IMG/VR virus record: IMGVR_UViG_3300017917_003859
Location: 1-64,000 of that record
Length of the DNA: 64,000 nucleotides
Source: a virus
Reading direction: 5' to 3' (one strand)
Below, in pieces: positions 40,077 through 49,304 of this stretch. The notes beneath the pieces were generated by a model. It worked only from the letters and a program-made list of their open reading frames with translations, did not search any database and was not told the DNA's origin. Both the position numbers and the translations under genes were made by a program. Numbering within the stretch: position 1 is the first letter of the stretch; each line of letters begins with the position of its first letter.

Positions 40077-40682
40077 ATGAAATCATTACTTATAGAAACC
40101 CGCCAATTTAATGTATCACCAATGGCACTTACCGAAGGTAAAAGTGTTGGTGGTAATCCATTAGTTGAAGGTATTTTAGCTACTTGTGAAGTAAAAAACG
40201 GAAACGGTAGATATTATGCTAAAGATTTGTGGGAACGTGAAATTGATAAATACATGACTTTAGTTAAAGAAAGACGTGCTTGTGGTGAATTAGATCATCC
40301 TGATTCTCAAGTAATTAACTTAAAAAATGTATCACACAATATCAATAGTATTTGGTGGGATGGTGATAATATTATGGGTAAAATCGAAATTTTACCTACC
40401 CCATCAGGAAATATATTAAAAGCATTAATCGAATCGGGTATTAAAGTTGGTGTATCAAGTCGTGGGATGGGTAGCCTAAAACAAGTAGGTGAAGTATTAG
40501 AAGTACAAGATGACTTTGAATTATTATGTTGGGATTTTGTAAGTACACCTTCAAATCAAGGATCATGGATGACTTCTATTCATGAAGGAATGTCTACTCC
40601 AATTAATTCAAATCCATATTCTAGAGTTAATTCAATAATAACCGAGATTCTATGTGCAAATGGATCTTGTCCTATAATTTAA
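40077..40682 (+). CDS. prohead core protease, T4 gp21-like
   Basis: N.NGR.Y; GELDHP; SH; LPTP.G; GVSSRGMGS; DFV..PS. Confidence 0.95.
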   Translation: MKSLLIETRQFNVSPMALTEGKSVGGNPLVEGILATCEVKNGNGRYYAKDLWEREIDKYMTLVKERRACGELDHPDSQVINLKNVSHNINSIWWDGDNIMGKIEILPTPSGNILKALIESGIKVGVSSRGMGSLKQVGEVLEVQDDFELLCWDFVSTPSNQGSWMTSIHEGMSTPINSNPYSRVNSIITEILCANGSCPII

Positions 40683-40710
40683 CCACTCTTAAAATAGTAT
40701 TTTAAGATCG

Positions 40711-40741
40711 AGGCGCTTCAAAAAGAAGCGCCTTTCTTTTT
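40711..40741 (+). terminator. intrinsic terminator
   Basis: AGGCGCTTC-aaaaa-GAAGCGCCT followed by TTCTTTTT. Confidence 0.85.
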
Positions 40742-40885
40742 CTATTCTTGCGACTTTGAATAGATACATACATACGTATATTAGAATGTGCCCAATTCTA
40801 TGAGGCATTGTGAATTATAAATTTTATTACGCTTGAATTTATTTCGTATTAAGCGTATTTCCAACAATTAAAAATTAAGGAAAAA

Positions 40886-41920
40886 ATGGCAACAAACAGA
40901 GATTTGCTTAAAGAAGCAATCGCAGATGCTAAAACTGTTAAAGAAACAGCTATAGCTAATGCAAAAGCTGCTTTAGAAGAAGCCTTCACTCCTTATCTCA
41001 AAGAAAAATTAGCAGCTAAATTATCAGAAATGGAAGAAGCTGAAAATGAAGAGATGATGAATGAAGAAACTTATGAAGCAGAAATGGATGAAGTTAAAAA
41101 ACCTTCAACTATGGACGAAGAAATTTCTTTGGATGAACTTTTAGCCGAATTAGAAGAAGAAGACACTATGGATGAAACCGGTCTTTATGAAGCTAAGAAG
41201 GAAGAAAAAGAAGAAGAAGAAATGTCTATTGAAGATATGTCTGAAGATGATTTAAAATCATTTATTGAAGATGTTATTAAAGACATGGTGGCTGCTGGGG
41301 AACTAGAAGCTGGTCATGAAGGTGAAGAGGGTGAAGAAGCAGAAGAAGAAGCTGAAATGGAACCTGCTGAAGGTGAAGAAGAAGCTGAAGAGTCTGAAGA
41401 AGAATTAGATGAAGAAGTTAATATTGATGAACTTCTATCTGAAGATTTAGAAGAAGAAATGGATGAAGTTAATTTAGATGAACTTTTAGCTGAGCTAGAA
41501 GAAACTGATTCTAAAAAAGAAGAAAAAGAACTTGATGAAGCTAAAGAAGAAGAATCAATGAAAAAAGATCTTGAAGAAGCTTATACTACAATCAAAACTC
41601 TTAAATCTGAACTTCAAGAAATTAACTTGTTAAATGCTAAACTTCTTTACACTAACAAGATTTTCCGTAATAAATCTTTAACCGAATCACAAAAAATTAA
41701 AGTTTTAACAGCATTCGATAAAGCTACATCTAAAAAAGAAGCTCAGTTGGTTTATGAAACTTTATTAGAGAATTTTAAAACATCAACTACTAAAAATCCT
41801 ATTAAAGAATCATTAAATCCAGCATCTAAAATTTTAGGAAATGTTCAAGCAAAACCAATTATCGAATCAAATGATGCGTTCGCTCGTATGCGCGAATTAG
41901 CTGGGTTACATAAAAAATAA
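40886..41920 (+). CDS. prohead scaffold protein, T4 gp22 analogue
   Basis: Highly acidic coiled coil between protease and capsid genes; three (L/I)DELL repeats; C-terminal RMRELAGL. Confidence 0.85.
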   Translation: MATNRDLLKEAIADAKTVKETAIANAKAALEEAFTPYLKEKLAAKLSEMEEAENEEMMNEETYEAEMDEVKKPSTMDEEISLDELLAELEEEDTMDETGLYEAKKEEKEEEEMSIEDMSEDDLKSFIEDVIKDMVAAGELEAGHEGEEGEEAEEEAEMEPAEGEEEAEESEEELDEEVNIDELLSEDLEEEMDEVNLDELLAELEETDSKKEEKELDEAKEEESMKKDLEEAYTTIKTLKSELQEINLLNAKLLYTNKIFRNKSLTESQKIKVLTAFDKATSKKEAQLVYETLLENFKTSTTKNPIKESLNPASKILGNVQAKPIIESNDAFARMRELAGLHKK

Positions 41921-41961
41921 TAAAAACAATTAAAAACTAAAAACAAAAACAATTAAAAACA

Positions 41962-43677
41962 ATGAGTTCAATTCAAACATTATTAGAATCAGCTAACCCA
42001 TGGAAATCACTTCAAAGTGATGCTGCTAAGTTAGCTACTAAATGGTCTAAAACAGGATTATTAGAGCATTTAGGAAATGACGTGGATAAAAATAACATGT
42101 CAATCTTATTAGAAAACCAAGCAAAACAGTTAGTAGTAGAAGCTAGCTCAACTGGTGCTGGTGCAACTGCAGGTACTTTTACTGTAGGTCAATCTGAAAA
42201 CTGGGCAGGTATTGCTTTACCATTAGTACGTAAAGTATTTGGTCAAATCGCTGCAAAAGAATTTGTTAGCGTTCAACCAATGAACTTACCTTCAGGTCTA
42301 GTGTTTTTCTTAGATTTCCAATACGGAACTAGCAAAAACCCATTCTCTTCAGGTGATTCACTTTATGGTACTCGTAGCGCAACTGGTCAGTTTCCATTCT
42401 CTACTACTGATACAACTGGTGGTTTATATGGTGCAGGTCGTTTTGCTTATTCAACTAACCAATTCTCAGCTTCAGTATTTATTACTGGTTCTGCTAACGG
42501 TGGTACTTTACCAGTTGTTGGTCCTGGAACAGGTTCAATTGTAACAGCTTCTTGGTCTGACTTAAACTTTGACGCTAATTACTCTGCTTCAGTAATTGCT
42601 AATGGAATTTACAAAGTTACTGTTCCTACAGCTTCTGGAGTATTATCTAACTTTGATCCAGATGGAGTTCGTGCGTTTGTTTTAACTACTGGTTCTTGGG
42701 CTACTGTAGCTAATTCTTTACCAGCATTTACATCTTACAACTACACTAACAACTCAATTACATTCTTTTTCACAGCTTCAGCTACATTAGCTGCTACTAT
42801 AGCTGGTGATAAAGCTGTAATTTATTACAATAAGATTACTGCTGATAACAATCGTGGTGATTTTGAAGATACAAGTTCTCCTTCATTCTCAGTTCCAAAT
42901 GCTGCTAGCGCTACAGCAATTTCTATCCCAGAAATCAATATCAAGATGCAATCTCAAGCTATCACTGCTAAAACTAAAAAGTTAAAAGCTGTATGGACTC
43001 CTGAATTTGCTCAAGATTTAAACGCTTATCAGAACATTGATGCTGAAGCTGAATTAACTAACATCATGAGTGAATATATTTCAATGGAAATTGATCTTGA
43101 AATTCTTGATATGTTAATCGAAGATGCTTCTGCAGCTACTGAATATTGGACAGTTCAAAATAACATCGCTTTAGGTGCTAGTGGTATTACTAATAGTAAC
43201 TTAGGTTTCTATAACACTCAAGGTGGTTGGTTCCAAACTCTTGGTACTAAAATGCAAAAAGTAAGTAACAAGATTCACCAATTAACTCTTCGTGGTGGTG
43301 CAAATTTCTTAGTATGTTCTCCAACAGTTGCTACTGTATTAGAATCAATCCCAGGATTTGCTGCTAACACTAATGGTGATGCTGCTAACATGGAATATGC
43401 AATGGGTGTTCAGAAAGTAGGTCAAATCAATAACCGTTACACAGTTTATAAGAACCCTTATATGACTGAAAACGTAATTTTGATGGGCTTCCGCGGTAAA
43501 CAATTCCTTGAATCAGGTGCTGTTTTCGCTCCATACATTCCGTTAATTATGACTCCTCTAGTGTACGATCCAAATACCTTCACTCCACGTAAAGGTTTAA
43601 TGACTCGTTACGCTAAGAAGATGTTACGTCCAGAATTTTATGGACGCATCTACGTGTCAGGTCTAAATACACTTTAA
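41962..43677 (+). CDS. major capsid protein, T4 gp23-like
   Basis: LLENQ; VSVQPM..PSGL.F; AKT.KLKA.WT.E.AQDL.A; EID.EI; APYIPL; F.P..G..TRY. Confidence 0.97.
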   Translation: MSSIQTLLESANPWKSLQSDAAKLATKWSKTGLLEHLGNDVDKNNMSILLENQAKQLVVEASSTGAGATAGTFTVGQSENWAGIALPLVRKVFGQIAAKEFVSVQPMNLPSGLVFFLDFQYGTSKNPFSSGDSLYGTRSATGQFPFSTTDTTGGLYGAGRFAYSTNQFSASVFITGSANGGTLPVVGPGTGSIVTASWSDLNFDANYSASVIANGIYKVTVPTASGVLSNFDPDGVRAFVLTTGSWATVANSLPAFTSYNYTNNSITFFFTASATLAATIAGDKAVIYYNKITADNNRGDFEDTSSPSFSVPNAASATAISIPEINIKMQSQAITAKTKKLKAVWTPEFAQDLNAYQNIDAEAELTNIMSEYISMEIDLEILDMLIEDASAATEYWTVQNNIALGASGITNSNLGFYNTQGGWFQTLGTKMQKVSNKIHQLTLRGGANFLVCSPTVATVLESIPGFAANTNGDAANMEYAMGVQKVGQINNRYTVYKNPYMTENVILMGFRGKQFLESGAVFAPYIPLIMTPLVYDPNTFTPRKGLMTRYAKKMLRPEFYGRIYVSGLNTL

Positions 43678-43698
43678 TATTTAAATAAAGTGAAGAAG

Positions 43699-43724
43699 AG
43701 AGCCGCATTTTTGCGGCTCTTTTT
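43699..43724 (+). terminator. intrinsic terminator after the capsid gene
   Basis: AGAGCCGCA-tttt-TGCGGCTCT followed by TTTT. Confidence 0.9.
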
Positions 43725-43757
43725 AATATTTATAATAGACCCGAAGATTCAAGGCTT

Positions 43758-44339
43758 ATGAAACAATGTAAAAGATGCAGTGTAGAAAAACAATTAACAG
43801 AATTCTGTAATAGAAAAGGTGAAATAGATGGTAAACATCGATATTGTAAATCTTGTTTAAAAAAAGAAAATGATCAATGGTATCATACTACTAAACAAAA
43901 TAGATCAAATTATTATAAAGAATATCGCAAACAAAATAAAGAATATTTTAATAAATATTGCTATATTCACTATCATACAAATAAAGATTTATATAGAGAA
44001 TGGAATAAAAATAAATACCATTCAGACCCAATATTTAGAATAAAACATGTAACTTCTGCTCGCATATTTGAAGCTCTTAAAACTTATCAAACATTCAAAC
44101 GAGATCGTACTATAGAATATTTAGGATGTACTATAGAAAAATACACACAATATCTTGAATCTAAATTTACCTCAGAAATGAATTGGGAAAATTATGGAGT
44201 ATATTGGGAAATAGATCATATTAAACCTATAGATTCTTTTGATTTAAACATAGAAAAAAATTTATATGTTTGTTTTCATTATACCAATACTCAACCTTTA
44301 GAAAAAAGTCAAAATCGAAAAAAAAGTAATAATATATAA
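43758..44339 (+). CDS. HNH homing endonuclease with N-terminal zinc finger
   Basis: CKRC...CKSC; LGC....HL-like; M.W.NYG..W.IDHI.P...CFHYTN.QPL....N..K. Confidence 0.85.
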   Translation: MKQCKRCSVEKQLTEFCNRKGEIDGKHRYCKSCLKKENDQWYHTTKQNRSNYYKEYRKQNKEYFNKYCYIHYHTNKDLYREWNKNKYHSDPIFRIKHVTSARIFEALKTYQTFKRDRTIEYLGCTIEKYTQYLESKFTSEMNWENYGVYWEIDHIKPIDSFDLNIEKNLYVCFHYTNTQPLEKSQNRKKSNNI

Positions 44340-44350
44340 TTTATAGAATT

Positions 44351-44380
44351 AGCCGAGCAAAAGCTCGGCTTTTTCTTTTT
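44351..44380 (+). terminator. intrinsic terminator
   Basis: AGCCGAGC-aaaa-GCTCGGCT followed by TTTTCTTTTT. Confidence 0.9.
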
Positions 44381-44383
44381 AAA

Positions 44384-44421
44384 TTTGGTTGTTAAATTAG
44401 TCTATCTATATTTATAATAAA
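44384..44421 (+). promoter_or_regulatory. overlapping host-type (TTTGG-N18-TATATTTA) and late-type (TATATTTATAATAAA) promoter
   Basis: Both motifs coincide upstream of phoH. Confidence 0.55.
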
Positions 44422-44430
44422 TTAATTACT

Positions 44431-45111
44431 ATGGTTGATAATAATGATGAGGTTTTTAAAAATAAAAAGAAACCAAAAAACCCAATTAAGTTCAAATTAG
44501 AACTTAATGAAGAACAAAAAGAAGCAAAACAAACTATTTTAGATAACCCAGTAGTATTACTTAAAGGAATGGCAGGTAGCGGTAAAACATTGTTAGCTTG
44601 TCAAGTTGCTTTAGATATGGTTTTTAAACAAGAATTAGAAAAAATAGTAATAACTCGTCCAACTGTATCTAAAGAAGAAATAGGATTTTTACCAGGTGAT
44701 TTAAAGGAAAAAATGGACCCTTGGTTAGCTCCAATTTATGCTAATTTATATCTATTATATGATAAAGATAAAATAGATAAAATGGTATTAGAAAACAAAA
44801 TAGAAATAGTTCCATTTGCATTTATGAGAGGTAGAACATTTCCAAATTGTTTTGTAATAATAGATGAATGTCAAAACATTACTCATTCACAAACTGAAAT
44901 GATTTTAGGTCGTTTAGGTAAAGGAGGTAAAATGGTATTTTGTGGTGATTTATCTCAAGTAGATTTAAAAAGTAAAAAAGACTCAGGAATTAGTTTTTTT
45001 ACTCGATTAGAAGAACGAATTAAAGGAGTAAAAATTGTTATTCTTAAGAAAAATCATCGTCATGAAATTGTTGAGGAAATTCTTAAAACATACGAAGAAT
45101 TTAGAGACTAA
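44431..45111 (+). CDS. phoH: PhoH-like ATPase
   Basis: GMAGSGKT; ITRP; GFLPGDL.EK..PW; FMRGRTF; DECQN; GD..Q.D; HR. Confidence 0.95.
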   Translation: MVDNNDEVFKNKKKPKNPIKFKLELNEEQKEAKQTILDNPVVLLKGMAGSGKTLLACQVALDMVFKQELEKIVITRPTVSKEEIGFLPGDLKEKMDPWLAPIYANLYLLYDKDKIDKMVLENKIEIVPFAFMRGRTFPNCFVIIDECQNITHSQTEMILGRLGKGGKMVFCGDLSQVDLKSKKDSGISFFTRLEERIKGVKIVILKKNHRHEIVEEILKTYEEFRD

Positions 45112-45136
45112 ATTAATTTGAAATTTTATTAAATAT

Positions 45137-45167
45137 AAAAGGATAACAGATGTTGTCCTTTTTATTT
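45137..45167 (+). terminator. intrinsic terminator
   Basis: AAAAGGATAACA/TGTTGTCCTTTT stem with T-rich tail. Confidence 0.75.
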
Positions 45168-45210
45168 ACCTAAATAAAATATACATTTTACTAATTTTAT
45201 TACCTAAATA

Positions 45211-45242
45211 TTTGGCGTATTCAACTAAATTATATATTTTTA
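45211..45242 (+). promoter_or_regulatory. Bacteroidota-type promoter TTTGG-N19-TATTTTTA
   Basis: Same architecture as the sites at 27542, 31002 and 13024; upstream of the T9SS cargo genes. Confidence 0.6.
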
Positions 45243-45282
45243 GTATTAAATTAATTTATAGTTATAAACAAAACAAAGTAAA

Positions 45283-47997
45283 ATGAAAAAATTATTTTTA
45301 AGTTTGATTATTGTATTGAGTTTCTCAATCTTTAATCTAAAAGCAGGTCATGGTATGCCTTTAGTAAATCCTTCATTCACTGTAGGAACAACTGGATTAA
45401 CCTTTACTGCAAGTTCAAATGCTGCTACTTGCGGTGGTGGCCCATATTGGTTACAAGTAGAATTACGTTGTACTTCTAGTCAATTAACCGGAACACCTCC
45501 TTCAACCATGCAAACCAACTTATTAAACTGGACAGGCCCAGGAGTAAATTATAATAGCTTTCCTTGGTTTAATTCTTTATTGAATGTTCCTAATTATACA
45601 TTCCCTACTTGGACTGATAATTGTACTACAGAGCCTTACAACTCCGTCTTTATATCTTTCACTGGATTATGTCCCGGACAAACATATTTCTTTTCAGCTC
45701 GTGAGTGGGTGAGTGGTACTAATTCTGTTGGTCCTTGGACAACACCTTCTTCTTTTGTAGTACCAGGTACATTTGTTCCATTAAATTTTAATGTAACTGC
45801 TTCACCTAGTATATTTTGTTCACCTGGATCTTCAACTTTAACTATAAGTAGTATAACTGGAGGATGCGGCCAGACAAACATTCAATGGTTACCTGGTGGT
45901 TCTACTTTAAATCCTATAGTTGTATCACCTGCTTCAACAACTAACTATACTGCTTTAGTTACTACTCCTTGTAATACTTTATCCAAAGTAATAACAGTAA
46001 CTGTAGTTCCAAACGTCAGTGCTGCCTTTACTCCCTTAAATACAAATACTTGCGCAGGAATTCCAGTACAATATAATCATACAGGAACAGCAGGTGTATC
46101 TCATATTTGGAGTGTTTTTCCTATTGGAGCTACTATTAGTAGTAATACAATTTCAAACCCATCAATAACCTTTAACAACCCAGGACTATACACTATTTCT
46201 CATACAGTATCTGTAGGAACTTGTAGTAATGTAGTTACAACAACTGCTAATATAACAGGAATAGGCGCATCATTTACATCTAGTAATCCAAATCAATGTT
46301 TACAAAATAATAGTTTTACATTTAATTCAACAGCTACTGTTGGTACACAGTCTTATACTTTTTCACCATCTATAGGTTCTCCACCATCAAGTAATACTCC
46401 AAATTATGGCCCTGTCAGCTTTACATCTCCAGGAACATATACTGTAACTTACTCAAATACTAATTCTGGATGTACTTCTTCAACGTATTCTGTGATTAAT
46501 ATTTATCCTACCCCAACACTAGCTGTCTCTAATAGTGGACCTGTTTGTGAAGGAAATAATATTAATTTAACTTTAACAACAACAGCTACTAGCTATAGTT
46601 GGACAGGTCCTAATGGTTTTACTTCTACATTACAAAATCCATCTATAACATCTACATCAGTAGCGAATTCAGGTACATACCAAATTAATGTAGCTAGTGT
46701 TAATAATTGTACTAATACTAGTAATACTAATGTTGTTATTAATCCTCCTCCTCAAATAACAGTAACTACTCCAACAGCATGCTCCGGAGGTTCTTTTTCT
46801 ATAAATTCTTTTGGAGGTATAAACTATACTTGGACTGGTCCTAATAGTTATACATCTAATTCACAAAATTTATTTTTTACAAATGCTAATTCAAATTTAA
46901 ATGGATTGTATACTGTGGTTGGCACTGATGTTAATGGTTGTATAGGAACCAATACTGTTTTAGTTAATGTTAATCCGTCATTCACTATAAGCATAAACAA
47001 CAATAGTCCAATATGTGCTGGTTCTGTATTACAACTTAACAGCCCTCCAGGATTTATATATAATTGGTCTGGTCCGAATGGATTTAGCTCAACACAGCAA
47101 ACACCACAACTAAGCAATGTATCATCACAAACTACAGGACAGTATTCGTTAAATGTTCAAGATAATAATGGATGTCAAGGTAGTGCTGTAACTAATGTTA
47201 TTGTTAATCCTTCACCTCAACTCAGTATTACCAACTCCAAAGATAAAATATGTACTCCAGCATGTGTTGATTTTACATTAAATGCTAGTTCTAGTTTAGC
47301 ATCTTTAATTTGGGAATTTATCAGTGGTGTATCTACAAATACAAATACTTCAACTCAATGTTATACTAAAGGAGGAATATACACATCAACAGCAACTGCT
47401 ACTGATGTAAATGGATGTATTAGTGTTATAACTCATAGTGTGGAAGTATATGATACACCAACTGCTGATTTTATTTTCTCACCTTTAAAACCTATCGAGA
47501 ATGAATATGTACAATTTTCTAATGCCTCTTACGGAGCACCATTAACTAGTATGATAAATGGATGGTATATAAATAATGAACTTACTTCATTTGCTAACAG
47601 TCCTCAAATAGCATTCCAATATCCTGGAGACTATCTTGTGACTTTAATAGTTTTAACTACTCATGGTTGTAGTGATACTATTTCTAAAATAGTAAATATA
47701 AAAGAAAATTATTATTTATGGGTACCAAATTCATTTACCCCAAATAATGATGGATTAAATGATACATTCCAGCCAAAAGGTCAAGGAATTGCTAAGTACG
47801 AGTTGATGGTGTTTGATCGTTGGGGTGAAATGATTTTTAAAACTAAGGAATTTAATCAAGGGTGGGATGGTAAACATCATAGAGGTATAGATTATGGTAT
47901 TTATTGTAAAGATGATGTATATACTTGGTTAATAAAAGTAACTGATGTTTTTGGTAAATCACATGAATTAAAAGGACATGTTACATTAATAAAATAA
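45283..47997 (+). CDS. secreted Ig/PKD-repeat protein with type B T9SS sorting domain (gliding-motility-associated C-terminal domain, CHU_C/TIGR04131)
   Basis: Sec signal peptide; Y.W(T/S)GPN repeats; PKD strands; C-terminal VPNSFTPNNDGLND.F...FDRWGE.IF......GWDG...VY......KGHVTLIK. Confidence 0.92.
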   Translation: MKKLFLSLIIVLSFSIFNLKAGHGMPLVNPSFTVGTTGLTFTASSNAATCGGGPYWLQVELRCTSSQLTGTPPSTMQTNLLNWTGPGVNYNSFPWFNSLLNVPNYTFPTWTDNCTTEPYNSVFISFTGLCPGQTYFFSAREWVSGTNSVGPWTTPSSFVVPGTFVPLNFNVTASPSIFCSPGSSTLTISSITGGCGQTNIQWLPGGSTLNPIVVSPASTTNYTALVTTPCNTLSKVITVTVVPNVSAAFTPLNTNTCAGIPVQYNHTGTAGVSHIWSVFPIGATISSNTISNPSITFNNPGLYTISHTVSVGTCSNVVTTTANITGIGASFTSSNPNQCLQNNSFTFNSTATVGTQSYTFSPSIGSPPSSNTPNYGPVSFTSPGTYTVTYSNTNSGCTSSTYSVINIYPTPTLAVSNSGPVCEGNNINLTLTTTATSYSWTGPNGFTSTLQNPSITSTSVANSGTYQINVASVNNCTNTSNTNVVINPPPQITVTTPTACSGGSFSINSFGGINYTWTGPNSYTSNSQNLFFTNANSNLNGLYTVVGTDVNGCIGTNTVLVNVNPSFTISINNNSPICAGSVLQLNSPPGFIYNWSGPNGFSSTQQTPQLSNVSSQTTGQYSLNVQDNNGCQGSAVTNVIVNPSPQLSITNSKDKICTPACVDFTLNASSSLASLIWEFISGVSTNTNTSTQCYTKGGIYTSTATATDVNGCISVITHSVEVYDTPTADFIFSPLKPIENEYVQFSNASYGAPLTSMINGWYINNELTSFANSPQIAFQYPGDYLVTLIVLTTHGCSDTISKIVNIKENYYLWVPNSFTPNNDGLNDTFQPKGQGIAKYELMVFDRWGEMIFKTKEFNQGWDGKHHRGIDYGIYCKDDVYTWLIKVTDVFGKSHELKGHVTLIK

Positions 47998-47999
47998 AA

Positions 48000-49280
48000 A
48001 TGAGAAAAATATTATTAATTATATTTTTATTTGTACTTAATATAAGTAAATCCCAAATGTGTAATACAGCTCCTACTAATATGGGAGCTATTACACCCCT
48101 AACGGCTTGGACAAACGTAGCTGCTAATTTAGGAGCTAAAAGATATTGGACTTTCAATGCTACAGCAGGATGTACTTATGATTTTAGTTCTTGTAATGGT
48201 ACAAATACAAATGATACTTATTTAAGATTATATTCTGGTATAAGTCCATTAACAGCAATATTACAAACTTCAAATGATGATTTTGGAGTTTGGTGTACAG
48301 GAAGTACAAAAGCCTCATTATCTTGGGCGTGTACAGTAAGTGGAGCTTATTCTATTTTATTAACAAATTATTCTTGTGCTAACTTATCTCAAAATTCAAT
48401 ATTTAGTTATAAAGTAACTTGCCCAGTTATTCCTTCTAATAATAATTGTTCAGGAGCAATTGCTATAGGTATTCCTTATACAAGCCCAGTGACCTCAAAC
48501 AATGGAGCTACAGACGATGTGCCAACAAGCATCTCAGGTTGTGGCACACAGGGATCTAATATTTGGTATAAAGTTGTAGGTAATAACAATCAATTAACCG
48601 CTACTACATGTAATGCATCTACAAACTTTGATACTGAAGTGAGAGTATATACTGGAACTTGTTCTTCTCTTAATTCTATGGTTGAAATAGGATGTAACGA
48701 TGATGATGGAGCATGCGCTGCTGGAATTTTAAAATCAACAGTAACATGGTGTTCTTTATCAGGAACTACTTATTATATTTCAGTAGGATATTTTGCTTCT
48801 GGAGCAGGATATGGTAATTTTGTTCTATCAGTTACTAATGGAGCTGTTTGTTCTGTCTTACCTATAGAACTAATTCAATTTGAAGGTCAAAATAAAGATA
48901 TATATAATTATATTAGTTGGGTAACTGCTAATGAAATAAATAATAATTATTTTATTTTAGAAAGAAGTATAGATGGAGAAAATTGGTCTATAATTAATAC
49001 TCAAACTGGAGCTGGAACCTCTAATGCTCCTAAAATGTATGAACATAAAGATTATTATTTTGATAAAAACAATATTAATTATTATAAATTAAGTCAAGTA
49101 GATTTTAATAATCAAAAAACATATTTTAATGTTATAGCAATTGATTTTAAAAAACAATCTACTTGTGAAATATATGAATATTATGATTTATTAGGTAAAA
49201 AAATTAATATACAAGAAGTTATTCCTGGAATTTATCTGAGAAAATGTAATGATAAAATTGAAAAATTTATAAAAAATTAA
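48000..49280 (+). CDS. secreted Cys-rich protein with type A-like T9SS C-terminus
   Basis: Signal peptide then Q; two DT....Y.G...NDD..C domains; LPIEL..F...W.TA.E.NN.YF..ERS.DG...YY.L.QVDF domain; short YDLLGK...GIY tail. Confidence 0.8.
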   Translation: MRKILLIIFLFVLNISKSQMCNTAPTNMGAITPLTAWTNVAANLGAKRYWTFNATAGCTYDFSSCNGTNTNDTYLRLYSGISPLTAILQTSNDDFGVWCTGSTKASLSWACTVSGAYSILLTNYSCANLSQNSIFSYKVTCPVIPSNNNCSGAIAIGIPYTSPVTSNNGATDDVPTSISGCGTQGSNIWYKVVGNNNQLTATTCNASTNFDTEVRVYTGTCSSLNSMVEIGCNDDDGACAAGILKSTVTWCSLSGTTYYISVGYFASGAGYGNFVLSVTNGAVCSVLPIELIQFEGQNKDIYNYISWVTANEINNNYFILERSIDGENWSIINTQTGAGTSNAPKMYEHKDYYFDKNNINYYKLSQVDFNNQKTYFNVIAIDFKKQSTCEIYEYYDLLGKKINIQEVIPGIYLRKCNDKIEKFIKN

Positions 49281-49304
49281 ATAAAAATATATACTATTAT
49301 TTTG

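Noticed and set aside
45283-49280. Host contamination as the explanation for the T9SS genes
   Set aside because: Same strand and AT-rich codon style as the flanks, with clean terminator and promoter boundaries between phage genes; still needs a read-coverage check
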